DNA of 26,409 nt from Octopus sinensis. Its lineage: Eukaryota. Below the pieces are notes generated by a model. That model saw nothing but the letters and a program-made list of their open reading frames with translations, searched no databases and was not told where the DNA came from. The position numbers and the translations under genes were made by a program. Positions 10,111 to 21,683 of the stretch are shown here, piece after piece. The DNA is taken from the NCBI RefSeq assembly GCF_006345805.1, contig NW_021834079.1, positions 1 through 26,409 on the forward strand, read 5' to 3'. The stretch's first letter is position 1, and each line of letters begins with the position of its first letter.

Positions 10111-11210
10111 ATGCGATCATTCTACCACTGGGTGATATTAGCGTGATAATAAACACAGGCATCTATTCTTACAGACGTCGAGATAGTCACCCACTGCAGA
10201 CTAAGTGATTATACAGTCTTCATCCGATTAGTCGACATTATGTAATACTTTTATTTTCACCAGTTGTGACACTACCACCACAAATACGGCACTCATTAAA
10301 AGACAAGAGTACGTGAAAGAATATTTGGAGCATGGTTTGCTCTTTATTCATTTTTCAGTCTTCGAGGATTCCCCTGTGGAATTGGATTGTGTGTTTGACC
10401 TTCTGAGCCACGACGACTGTTTTAGCTTAAATTCTGTATTATATTGTATACTATTCCTTATTTACTCGTATTGCTTTTGACATTACTTCCTTCTTCTGTC
10501 TCCGAGTCAATTTTGTATAAAATTAACGAGAGTCTCTCTCTGTTGAGTATGGAAGATTACACTCTGCTCGGTGGTGTCCTTCCCACCCTTTACGATGAGA
10601 CTGATTCCGTCAAACCCTCGCTTTGGGCCATTGGGGAACTTTGTGTACATCCCTTTCGTTGTTTTTGTATTCATTTTGTAGTTTCTTTGGAGGTGAATGA
10701 GACAGTCGAGTCCAAGGACGACATCTGTCTCCGTGATTTACTCCAATCTGTCATTTCTCGCCGAAATGTACTAATTTTTTGGCCCTTCAAGAAATAGGTG
10801 CAGTTGGAGCAACTTGAAGTGCAGGTAAACGAGAAAGAACGTCAAATAAAGTTGATTTCTCAACAATTGTTAGAAGCACAATCCCGTTTAAGACAAGAAG
10901 GTGGGAAACAATATATTTGTGCATAGAGGACAAAGCCCAACTTCTCTCCTCGCAGTGCAAGCAAAGTGAGATCACGATAGAACAACTCGGAAAAGAGTTG
11001 AAAAATTTAAAGCCGAAAACATTGGAGGTTGATTCCTGCCTTTTGACTGGTCGGAATATTGAATTGCATGAGCGTTGGTGTCAGTTGAAAGAGTTGTGCG
11101 CGGATGCTACCAAAAAATTGAAGGAATGTAAAGAAGAGCATAAACTGTTAGAGAATGCATTCCTGTTCAGGCAACATAAAAAAATAATTAAAAAACAACT
11201 ATTTAATTAG
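10111..11210 (+). CDS. NuMA/Hook-type N-terminal CH domain plus coiled-coil protein, 7 exons, ~315 aa, one unresolved frame break near 10440
   Basis: Introns: 10132-10158 (27), 10242-10263 (22), 10335-10358 (24), 10658-10681 (24), 10768-10797 (30), 10901-10926 (26). Spliced: MRSFYHWASILTDVEIVTHCRLSDYTVFIRLVDIIC...RQEYVKEYLEHVF...YLLVLLLTLL...VQLEQLEVQVNEKERQIKLISQQLLEAQSRLRQEEDK. The N-terminus resembles NuMA (W..LQDCSIFIKIIDRI). Confidence 0.7.
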
Positions 11211-11321
11211 TTGTGCGTCAAATTTTTTTCGGAAGCCAAAAGGCCACAATGGCATCTAGTAGTTCGTCAAATGCGTTGCGCTGTTTAACTCATTTACTTG
11301 TCCTCTCAAAAGAAATGTTTA

Positions 11322-11384
11322 TCGACAATATTAACATGTGTAACCTCCTCTACAACCTTCCTACCATCTCTAACTGAGGATTCA
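11322..11384 (+). repeat. Dispersed partial copy of the ~180-bp foldback subrepeat
   Basis: TCGACAATATTAAC is identical to 4788-4801. CTACCATC..AACT.AGGATTC also matches the 4495-5210 units. Confidence 0.5.
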
Positions 11385-11721
11385 TAATTTTCATCCTAAA
11401 ATTTGAGTCACTAATTTGTGTTCTTTGCCATTAATTTTACAGCAAATATTTCAGTAAAAGAATTGTCAATGATTGATTATATTTCATTGATCCATCTATT
11501 CTTTGAAAATTGAGAACTTTTGGTGAATTTTTTAGCGAATAAATATAACCCTATTTTGTATTTATTTTAGCAGAGACATTTTGGAATTCGTTTTTAATTG
11601 TTTCTACGAGTTCCGCTGGAGAGAAGAAGAGAGAAGGCTCTCCAATTTTGTTATGTAGCTGGTTATATTGTATTTTATTGCACTTTGTATCCTTATTTCA
11701 GCTATCTGGAGCATCACTGAG

Positions 11722-12232
11722 ATATTATTATAGCACATTCCGTAGGGACATAAATAGAAAGAGTTATATTCCTACACGTGCCACACACGATACGGCCTTC
11801 TGTACCAACAATTTCCAACTTCTGCGGTTTTGGGCCAGTATCCGAAGTTCGTCGAGATCATCACAGGTCTTCAGGGTTTTCTTTAAAAGCCTCAAGTCGT
11901 CTTGCAGAACAACCGGTAGGGTTGTTCTGGGTCGTCCTCGAAATTTTACGTCATCTGATAGGAAGTATTCTTGCATGGTCACATAGGAAGGTGAATTTGG
12001 ATCCATCCTCAAGATGTGTCCAAATAGTTTCCAGTGACCATTGACAATATCCCGACTAATTGGCCTCGAGTTGCTGATCTTGTAAATAGTTGAGTTGCTG
12101 ATTTTCTTCGGCCAGTGTAGGCAGTTCAGGGAACGAAGCTGTTTTCTGTGGAAAGAATCAAGGTTCTTTAAATCTGAATCAGAAATGCCCCATGGTGAGG
12201 AATTGTAGAGTAGTACAGGTTTGACGAAAGAT
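11722..12232 (-). mobile_element. RTE-clade LINE 3' segment (~500 bp)
   Basis: FVKPVLLYNSSPW..LDSFHRKQLR..WPKKISN..WKLFGHILRM..GRPRTTL..AQNRRSW, then a GTGCTATAATAAT tail. Confidence 0.9.
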
Positions 12233-13166
12233 AAGAGCATTCTGTTGATAAAAGAACAGATCGACGAAAGAAACCGTGATCTCGAGTTTCCAGTGTCCGG
12301 CGAGATTAGGTCCTTAAGATGTCCTGGTCGCAGCCCGTCTAGACCCGTCCCGCTGCTTGGAGCGAAGGATAAAATTCCGGCTTTAATGTCATCGTCCGAG
12401 ATAAACAATGGCTGAAGAATCCCTGGGAGAGGTGGAATTCGAGAGTCGCTTTGAGCAGCCGGATGTCGATCCAGGAGAGCTTCATGAGTCTCAATTGAAG
12501 GCTTCAGGAATGGACTATCACTGGAGAGCACTCTCAAAGCCGAGTGTATTCCTCCTTCCAATAATTTAGAATGAATAGTCCTCCGTAAATGTATCTCTTC
12601 AGAAAGTGTATCCTTTGGTATCTTTCGATGACTCTTCACAGTAGCCGGTTGTAATGGGGGATCGATCACTGTAAGTTCGGAATCAAACAGGCGTATGTTT
12701 TCTTTGTCGGACGATGAAAAAGATCTACCACGATTCGTAGAACCAGAAGGTAAACCCAAACACAACGGGCAAAACAAAGCAGGCGGATCCAGTAACTGAT
12801 GTCGTTCGATGATAACGAGCTTTCAATGCTGGCTGAAAGGCAGTCGGCAGCGGTTAAACGAGCTCCTCTGGGAATCCCTATGAGGATGTGTCTTGAGGAT
12901 GACCATTTAGAAATCGTGTCAAGTAGGCGTTCGTGATCCAACGGCACAGTGCAAGCAGTTTGATTGAAGGGGGCAGTGCCAGCTGGAAAGCATCGATGAC
13001 AGTCCCAATGGGAAATGTTAGTAAGGGCTTTCTTAGAAACTCCTACGGATGACATGTGAAAGAGCCTTGAGCACGCTGAACAAGTGATCGTTCTCTTTCT
13101 CGTGTTAATTATGTTGCATTTTTCGCACGAATGGCTGTTTTTCTTATTTACCTCATTAATCTTCAT
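12233..13166 (-). mobile_element. CRE-clade element 5' part (copy B) with N-terminal PHD finger, fused in frame to the RTE segment
   Basis: The 13166 ORF reads CEKC..CSAC..FHMSS..WDCHRC, continuing in frame into IPRGARLTAA..SSND..WIRLLCF. After a frameshift it reads SKLLEGGIHSALR..DRHP..GLDGLRPGHLKDLIS..INRML. Confidence 0.88.
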
Positions 13167-13479
13167 TGCACTGACTCTGTGTTGAAAATAGTGATTACAC
13201 TACACCACGTCAAAAAAATTCATATTAATTATTTTACATGTCCCGAACGTGTCTTAATCTGATACAGTGAATACTCGCAAATTCGCTATTTTTGGTCATT
13301 TTTTGCTGATAATTTGAGAATTCACAAATTTCAGAATATAATCAATAATTTTTGAATGTGGTAAAACTGTTTAATAATTTAAAAATAGACAAAATTGACG
13401 TAATTAAAAAAATTAATTTAATTCTTCTTTTCCTAATTTGAGGGAGACCTTCCAATTTGGAATTATTGACATTATAAAC

Positions 13480-14190
13480 TTTGATATCCATTCAGGAAGC
13501 CCGGAATTTTTCAGAATCTCTGAAGGAACGTCATTTAGCGAGGCGTGGCGGGACCTCGACCGGCGCTCCTGCGACACGAGAGAGGGTGGAGCCCTTTAGC
13601 GTCGACTTTGGCTCCACATCGGCATCGGTGGATGCTGCATATGTTGAGGCCAAGCCGAAGGGAGATCCCAATCCTCAGGCAGTCGTCATCCAAAAAAGTT
13701 CCTGTTGATGTAGATGGGTAGGCGCCGAGCCATGCATCGCTGTGAGGATGTGCGGCCGAGAGTAGGCACGCTAGCCGGTGTTGGTCTAGCTCTGGTTTCA
13801 TCTTCCAAAACGAGTCGGCGGCCCAGATTTCATCCCATTCCCGTTGCACGGACATGTCGAACGGAAGAAGTAGGTTAGCGTCAGTCCAGAATTCCAGGAG
13901 TCGGCGGTCGGCAACTCCAGAGAGAGTTCGTTGAAGGGGAGTAGAACCACTAGGACGAGTTGCCGGCTTCTGGAAATTGAAGAGAAATGTGCATGTGGAG
14001 CCAGATCTTTCGGCGAGCGAAGACCGATCCCTCCGAACCTGACGGGAAGTTTTGCTTGAGTCCAACCGATTTCGTCAAAGGAAATGTTCAAAACTGCTCC
14101 GTGCAGGATTTCAATGATTTTTCCAAGTAAGACAGAATGTCTGGATGCGAGTAGCATGGCAGGCAGTGGAGCGTGTACAGAATTTTCGAC
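13480..14190 (-). mobile_element. Internal CRE fragment (post-RT region and zinc knuckle)
   Basis: QAKLPVRFGGIGLRS, QHRLACLLSAAHPHSDAWL, CRCGAKVDAKGLHPLSCRRSAGR. Both ends are truncated. Confidence 0.88.
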
Positions 14191-14299
14191 ATATGTAATT
14201 GAGATTATGAAATAAATTGAGTAATAATTTGCTTAAAAAAAATTTGCACGTTGCACGTTGTTGTTGTGGTGCACTTTTTCAGTATATTTGTCAACCTAT

Positions 14300-14472
14300 C
14301 TTATCTTTTTCTTTCATTTTATCTCTCCATTTATCATTTCTTTTTCTTTCATTTTATTTGTCCTTCTATCTCTTCCATTTCTTTATTTCATTTTTCTTTC
14401 TTCTGAACTTCTTTCTTCTTTCTTTTCTATTTCTTTTTTATACATTTCCATCTTTCTTTTCTATTTCTTTCC
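14300..14472 (+). repeat. Polypyrimidine low-complexity tract (TTTC/TTC-like)
   Basis: About 170 nt made almost entirely of T and C, ending just before ATG 14477. Confidence 0.85.
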
Positions 14473-14476
14473 TACG

Positions 14477-17188
14477 ATGGCTATTTGCTCTTCATGCAAA
14501 ACTAGCAACGATCGGAAGAAAGGTAGATACTGTTCTGGCTGCAACAGTTTCTTCCACCTTTCGTGTGTTCGACTTTCCAGGCGCGTTTCAGCTTCTCTCA
14601 TAACCTGGAACTGCCCTGTTTGTCGTTCTTGTTCCCCGTTCGGCCAACAGTCCGCCGGAAATCCCTGCTGAAAGTCCATCTCCGTCAGCCGAAGATGCTT
14701 TAAGATTCATCTATTCTTCTCGCTGTAACCGCCAAATTCCGGCACGGATACCGAAGGCAGCGAGGATTCAAGCTGCTCTCTCTTTGTCCACAGCTATAAA
14801 CCGAGCTTTGTCATCTAATGACCAGTCTGACTGGTTACTCCTTTTTGGTTTTGCTGTTTTCGGTATTGGGATCCAACCCTCCCGGCCCGACAGCGAGTCT
14901 AAAAAACTTTCTCCCGCATCGATTATTAAACAGCAACTCGCCCTATTCGATCATTGTACTTCTCTGTTTCCCTCCCAGTTCGATTCCCTCCACTCTGACT
15001 CTCACAAATGTGTCGCCCCTTCTGTGGTTAACACTAAAACTTCCTCCGATTGCATTTACCTCCGTCGTAAGGTGAACAGCAAGCTGTTGGACGGCGACGT
15101 CCGCGGAGCTGTCAGACTTGTTGCCTCCTCTAACCGGCTTTTGTCCCCATCTCCTTCCGCATTGTCTAATTTGAGATCCAAGCACCCCAGTCCTCCAGTA
15201 AACTCCCGCACCCAACCCGCTGTCGATACGACCGCCCTTCCGCAACTGCTGGTTACCGCTTCACAGGTTGAGAAGGCACTGAAAAGTTTTTCCCCAAGCA
15301 GCAGTGGGGGTATAGATGGGCTGAAGCCCGGACACATTAAAGACTTGACTTCACCTCTTACTGCTGAGGCAGGCCGTCTCCTCTTGGAATCTATCACCAA
15401 TCTCTGTAACCGTCTTATCGGTGGGAATTTACCGGATTTTGCCCGGGCGATTTTCTTCTCGGCTAATCTCACTGCTTTGGGTAAAAAAGATAACGGGGTC
15501 AGGCCGATCGCCGTGGGTAATGTTTTCCGCAGATTGGCCGGAAAGCTCGTTTGCCACGTTGTGATCCCCGAGTTGGTCCCGAAATTTTTGCCAGTCCAAT
15601 TGGGCGTCGGCGTCAGTGGAGGGTGTGAATCGGCTGCCCATGCCGTAAGAGAACTTATGGATTCTTCATTGGAATATCTTTTAGTTAAACTGGACATATC
15701 AAATGCGTTTAACACAGTGAGACGGGATCATTTGCTCGAGACCTGCCTTTCTCTCGCCCCCTCCGCTTATCCTCTGGTCCACCTTTCGTACTCACAACCC
15801 AGCCTCCTCCTGTTTGGCGATTCCTTTATCGTCTCATCGACCGGAGTGCAACAGGGAGATCCCCTGGGGCCTTTCCTATTTGCTATGTGTGTCAACTCCG
15901 TCGCTCATTCTGTCCGCTCTCCGGTAAATATCTGGTACTTGGACGACGCGACGATTTGTGGACCTCCCCGCTCTGTCTTAGACGACCTGCGGAGCATTAT
16001 CCCGGCCCTTTCATCCATCGGTCTGGAGATAAACTCAAGCAAGTCCGAAGTCCTAAACCTGAATATTCCTTCCGATTTTTTGCCGAAACTCTGGACGCCC
16101 TGGAACCTATTCTAAAAGGCGCGCGGGTATCAGAAACAAAGGACCTTGTAATCCTTGGTTCGCCAATTGGTCACGAGGCCCTCTCACAAACGCTCATCGC
16201 CAAGGCAAGCAATCTGTCAAACATGATCGAACGGCTTTCCCTCATTGATGCCCACGTCGGGTTCTTTCTTCTGCGTAACTATTTCTCAACTCCGAGGCTT
16301 TTGTACACCCTAAGGAGTTCTCCTTGTTTTCGCATGCCTAATCTGTTATCCGATATCGATTCTATCTTGAAGTCTGGAGCCGAGTATCTGTGCAACATCC
16401 ATTTCGACGCTCTGGGGTGGCTTCAATCTTCCCTGCCTGTTAATCTCGGGGGGATTGGCCTTCGTTCGCCCGTTTATCTGGCTCTTCCTGCCTTCCTCTC
16501 GTCCCTGGCATCATCCCGTGCCCTCACTGACATCGTTCTCAGAAACCTTCCCGAACGAAAAATGTCAGTTGATCACGTGGCCGCTCTGGACCTTTGGGAT
16601 TCATTGTACAACAAAAGACCCAGTGACCCGTGTATCCAAGCTCAATGGGATGCCATTTCTTGTGAAGCTCTTGACGTACATCTACGCAAAAATTTCGATC
16701 AGCACAGACTTGCATGTCTCCGCGCAGGCTGCTGCACAGGGAGTGGGGCCTGGCTGGATGCTCTCCCTGTCCCTTCCACCGGTAACCTACTAGACAAAGA
16801 TTGCCTACGAATTGGTTTATCATTGCGTCTTGGATTGGAAATCTGCGAAATACACAAATGTCGTTGTGGTGCTGTCATTGACCGTTTTGGTCTACATCCC
16901 CTTTCCTGTCGTCGCAGTGCAGGGCGCGCACCACGCCATGCAGCACTTAACGACGTTATTCAGAGGGGGCTCACGGCCGCTGGGATTCCATCAATCCTCG
17001 AACCCGTCGGGCTTGCGAGGGGAGACGGAAAAAGACCCGACGGCCTATCGGACTTTCCCGTTTGAGTTCGGCAAGTCTCTGTTATGGGATGCGACGTGTT
17101 CAGACACTTTCTCGGAGCTCAACCTTCCTTCTTCAGCTGTCGAGCCTGGCTCAGTCTCTCGCAAAACCGAGAAGATGAAGATTGGAAA
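14477..17188 (+). mobile_element. Near full-length CRE-clade retrotransposon (copy C): PHD - RT - zinc knuckle - RLE, 3' end cut by satellite
   Basis: From ATG 14477: CSSC..CSGC..FHLSC..WNCPVC (C4HC3). Frameshifts occur near 14660, 16085 and 17045. Motifs: GVQQGDPLGPFLF, WYLDD, CRCGAVIDRFGLHPLSC, RGDGKRPDG, LLWDATCSDT. The last ~60 codons and the tail are absent. Confidence 0.93.
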
Positions 17189-20100
17189 GATTTTGTAATA
17201 AATTATGTGACATATTATGCAATTTGGGAAGGTAGCAGGATGTGAGGATTTAGGGGTACTTGAGATTATGTAATTAATTGCGCAATATATACAACAATTT
17301 AGAGAGGTCTCTAGATGTGTGAATAAGTGGGTACTAGAGATTATGTAATAAATTGCCTAATATATTACGTAATTTTTAGAGGTCCCTATATGTAAAGATA
17401 TATGGGTTCTTGAGATTATGTACTAAATTGCGTTATATACTTTCCAATTTGGAGATGTTTCTAAATTTTAGGTTATGGGGGTACTTAATATATATCATAA
17501 ATTGAGTAACATTTATATTATCAATTTGGGGAGGTGCAGGATGTAAGGATATGGGGTTCTTGAAATTATGTAATAAATTGCGTAAAATATGAATTTCCAA
17601 AGTTTTCCAGGATGTAAGGATCTATGGGTTCTTGAGATTATTTAAAGATTTCGTTATGTATTTTCATTTGGAGAGGTCTCTAAATGTTTGGATATGGGGG
17701 TACTTGAGATTTTGAAATAAATTATGTAACATATTATGCAATTTGGGAAGGTGCCAGGATGTGATGATTTAGGGGTACTTGAGATTATGTAATTAATTGC
17801 GTAATATATACTACAATCAAGAGAGGTCTCTAGATGTGTGAACAAGTGGGTAATTGAGATTATGTAATAAATTGCCTAATATATTACGTAATTTTTGGAG
17901 GTCCCTATATTTAAAGATATATGGGTTCTTGAGATTATGTACTAAATTGTGTTATATACTTTCCAATTTGGAGAGGTTTCTAAATTTTAGGATATGGAGG
18001 TACTTGAGATTAAATCATAAATTGAGTAAAATTTATATTATGCAATTTGGGGAGGTGTCAGGATGTGAGGATTTAGGGGTACTTGAGATTATGTAATTAA
18101 TTGCGTAATAAATTGCGTAAAATATGAAATTTGGAGAGGTCCCACGATGTGAGGATATATGGGTTCTTGAGATTATTTAATTTATTGCGTTATATATTTT
18201 CAATTGGAGAGGTCCCTAAATGTTGGGATATGGGGGTACTTGAGATTTTGTAATAAATTATGTAACATATTATGCAATTTGGGAAGGTGCCAGGATGTGA
18301 GGATTTAGGGGTACTTGAGATTATGTAATTAATTGCGTAATATATACTACAATTAAGAGAGTTCTCTAGATGTGTGAATAATGTGGGTACTTGAGATTAT
18401 GTAATAAATTGCCTAATATTACGTAATTTTTGGAGGTCCCTATATGTAAAGATATATGGGTTCTTGAGATTATTACTAAATTGCGTTATATACTTTCCAA
18501 TTTGGAGATGTTTCTAAATTTTAGGATATGGGGGTACTTGAGATTATATCATAAATTGAGTAACATTTATATTATGCAATTGGGGAGGTGTCAGGATGTG
18601 AGGATTTAGGGGTACTTGAGATTATGTATTAATTGCGTAAAATTGCGTAAAATATAATTTTGGAGATTTCCAGGATGTGAGGATATATTGGTTCTTGAGA
18701 TTATTTAATAATTGCGTTTATTATTTTCAATTGGAGAGGTCCCTAAATGTTGGGATATGGGGTACTTGAAATTTTGTAATAAATTATGTAACATATTATG
18801 CAATTTGGGAGAGGTGTCCAGGATGTGAGGATTTAGGGGTACTTGAGATTATGTAATAATTGCGTAATATCAACTACAATTTAAGAGGTCTCTAGATGTG
18901 TGAATAAGTGGGTACTTGAGATTATGTACTAAATTTGTTATATACTTCCAATTTAGAGAGGTTCTTAATTTTAGGATATGGGGGTACTGAGATTATATCA
19001 TAAATTGAGTAACATTTATATTATGCAATTTGGTGAGGTTGCAGGATGTAAGGATATGGGGTTCTTGAAATTATGTAATAATTGCGTAAAATTTAATTTT
19101 GGAGAATTTCCAGATGTGAGGATATATTGGTTCTTGAGATTATTTAATAGATTGCGTTATATATTTTCATTTGGAGAGGTCTCAAATGTTGGGATATGGG
19201 GTTACTTAAGATTTTGTAATAAATTATGTAATATTATGCAATTTGGGAGGTGCCAGGATGTGAGGATTTAGGGGTACTTGAGATTATGTAATTAATTGCG
19301 TAATATATACTACAATTAAGAGAGGTCTCTAGATGTGTGAATAAGTGGGTACTTGAGATTATGTAATAAATTGCCTAATATATTACGTAATTTTTGGAGG
19401 TCCCTATATGTAAAGATATATGGGTTCTTGAGATTATGTACTAAATTGCGTTATATACTTTCCAATTTATAGAGGTTTCTTAATTTTAGGATGGGGGGGT
19501 ACATGAGATTATATCATAAATTGAGTAACATTTATATTATGCAATATGGTGAGGTTGCAGGATGTAAGGATATGGGGGTTCTTGAAATTATGTAATAAAT
19601 TGTGTAAAATTTGAATTTTGGAGAATTTCCAGGATGTGAGGATATATTGGTTTTGAGATTATTTAATAGATTGCGTTATATATTTTCAATTGGAGAGGTC
19701 CCTAAATGTTGGGATATGGAGGTACTTGAAATTTGTAATAAATTATGTAACATATTATGCAATTGGGAGAGGTGTCAGGATGTGAGGATTTAGGGGTACT
19801 TGAGATTATGTAATTAATTGCGTAATATCAACTACAATTTAAGAGGTCTCTAGATGTGTGAATAAGTGGGTACTTGAGATTATGTACTAAATTGTGTTAT
19901 ATACTTTCCAATTTAGAGAGGTTTCTTAATTTTAGGATATGGGGGTATTGAGATTATATCATAAATTGAATAACATTTATATTATGCAATATGGTGAGGT
20001 TGCAGGATGTAAGGATATGGGGGTTCTTGAAATTATGTAATAAATTGCGTAAAATTTGAATTTTGGAGAATTTCCAGGATGTGAGGATATATTGGTTCTT

Positions 20101-21186
20101 GAGATTATTTAATAGATTGCGTTATATATTTTCATTTGGAGAGATCTCTAAATGTTGGGATATGGGGTTACTTAAGATTTTGTAATAAATTATGTAACAT
20201 ATTATGCAATTTGGGGAGGTGCCAGGATGTGAGGATTTAGGGGTACTTGAGATTATGTAATTAATTGCGTAATATATACTACAATTAAGAGAGGTCTCTA
20301 TGTGTGAATATGTGGGTACTTTAGATTATGTAATAAATGCCTAATATATTACGTAATTTTTGAGGTCCCTATATGTAAAGATATATGGGTTCTTGAGATT
20401 ATGTACTAAATTGCGTTATATACTTTCCAATTTGGAGATGTTTCTAAATTTTATGATATGGGGGTACTTGAGATTATATCATAAATTGAGTGAGTAACAT
20501 TTATATTATGCAATTAGGGGAGGTGTCAGGATGTGAGGATTTAGGTTTTCTTTAGCCTATGTAATAATTTGCGTAATAAATTGCTTAAAATATGAAATTT
20601 CCAGAGGTCCCAGGATGTGAGGATATATGGGTTCTTGAGATTATTTAAACAATTTCGTTATGTATTTTCATTTGGAGAGGTCTCTAAATGTTTGGATATG
20701 GGGGTACTTGAGATTTTGAAATAAATTATGTAACATATTATGCAATTTGGGAAGGTGCCAGGATGTGATGATTTAGGGGTACTTGAGATTATGTAATTAA
20801 TTGCGTAATATATACTACAATTAAGAGAGGTCTTTAGATGTGTGAAAAAGTGCGTAATTGAGATTATGTAATAAATTGCCTAATATATTACGTAATTTTT
20901 GGAGGTCCCTATATGTAAAGATATATGGGTTCTTGAGATTATGTACTAAATTGCGTTATATACTTTCCAATTTGGAGATGTTTCTAAATTTTAGGTTATG
21001 GGGGGTACTTAATATTGTATCATAAATTGAGTAACATATATATTATCCATTTGGGGAGGTGTCAGGATGTGAGGATTTAGGGGTACTTGAGATTATGTAA
21101 TTAATTGCGTAACAAATTGCGTAAAATATGAATTTTGGAGAGTTTCCAGGATGTGAGGATATATTGGTTCTTGAGATTATTTAATA
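17189..21186. repeat. Higher-order satellite of ~75-bp monomers (7 types, A-G)
   Basis: Monomer starts at 17189, 17264, 17339 and 17414 are 75 bp apart. Type-A monomers start at 17189, 17708, 18244, ~18770, 19210, ~19730, 20176 and 20712, giving units of 519, 536, 526, 440, 520, 446 and 536 bp. Confidence 0.95.
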
Positions 21187-21648
21187 TGTCGCGAGCGCAG
21201 CGAGCGACCACTCAATTTCTAGATCCGATCAATCAAAAAATCTATAAATTGACAAATACCCAGGCTTGTATTTGGGATTAAATATATTCGATAACAAAAA
21301 TTAAAATCGATGCCAAAGCAGAATGAGCTTTAAAACCGATTTCATAAATAAAAATAATATTTTAAAATTTATAATTGATATTTTAGAATAATGAGAAAAA
21401 ATCTAAATGCTTCATAATTTATTAAAAATGTCAAAACAAGAATCTTCTGAAGGAGCAAGCCTGTCTGCACAGTTCATTTTTGATTAGAAGACCTAATTTT
21501 AGAGATTAAAACGAAAAAATAGCAATGAGATCTGTCAAATTATTACCCCCCTCACAACCAAACCAAATTAGCGTTCAGTATTCATTGATTTTACTTTTCT
21601 ATTAAGGTCTAATTATAAATTATTTTATGGGATTCAATGGAAAACTTA

Positions 21649-21683
<35 letters not shown>

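Noticed and set aside
11200-11310. Further exons of the CH/coiled-coil gene via a GC-AG intron
   Set aside because: It needs a non-canonical donor, and the downstream frames are short, unrecognisable and run into the dispersed repeat.
17654-19793. Short ORFs within the satellite, and the many ORFs antisense to RT and kinase genes
   Set aside because: They are by-products of repeat periodicity or shadow frames of real coding sequence.
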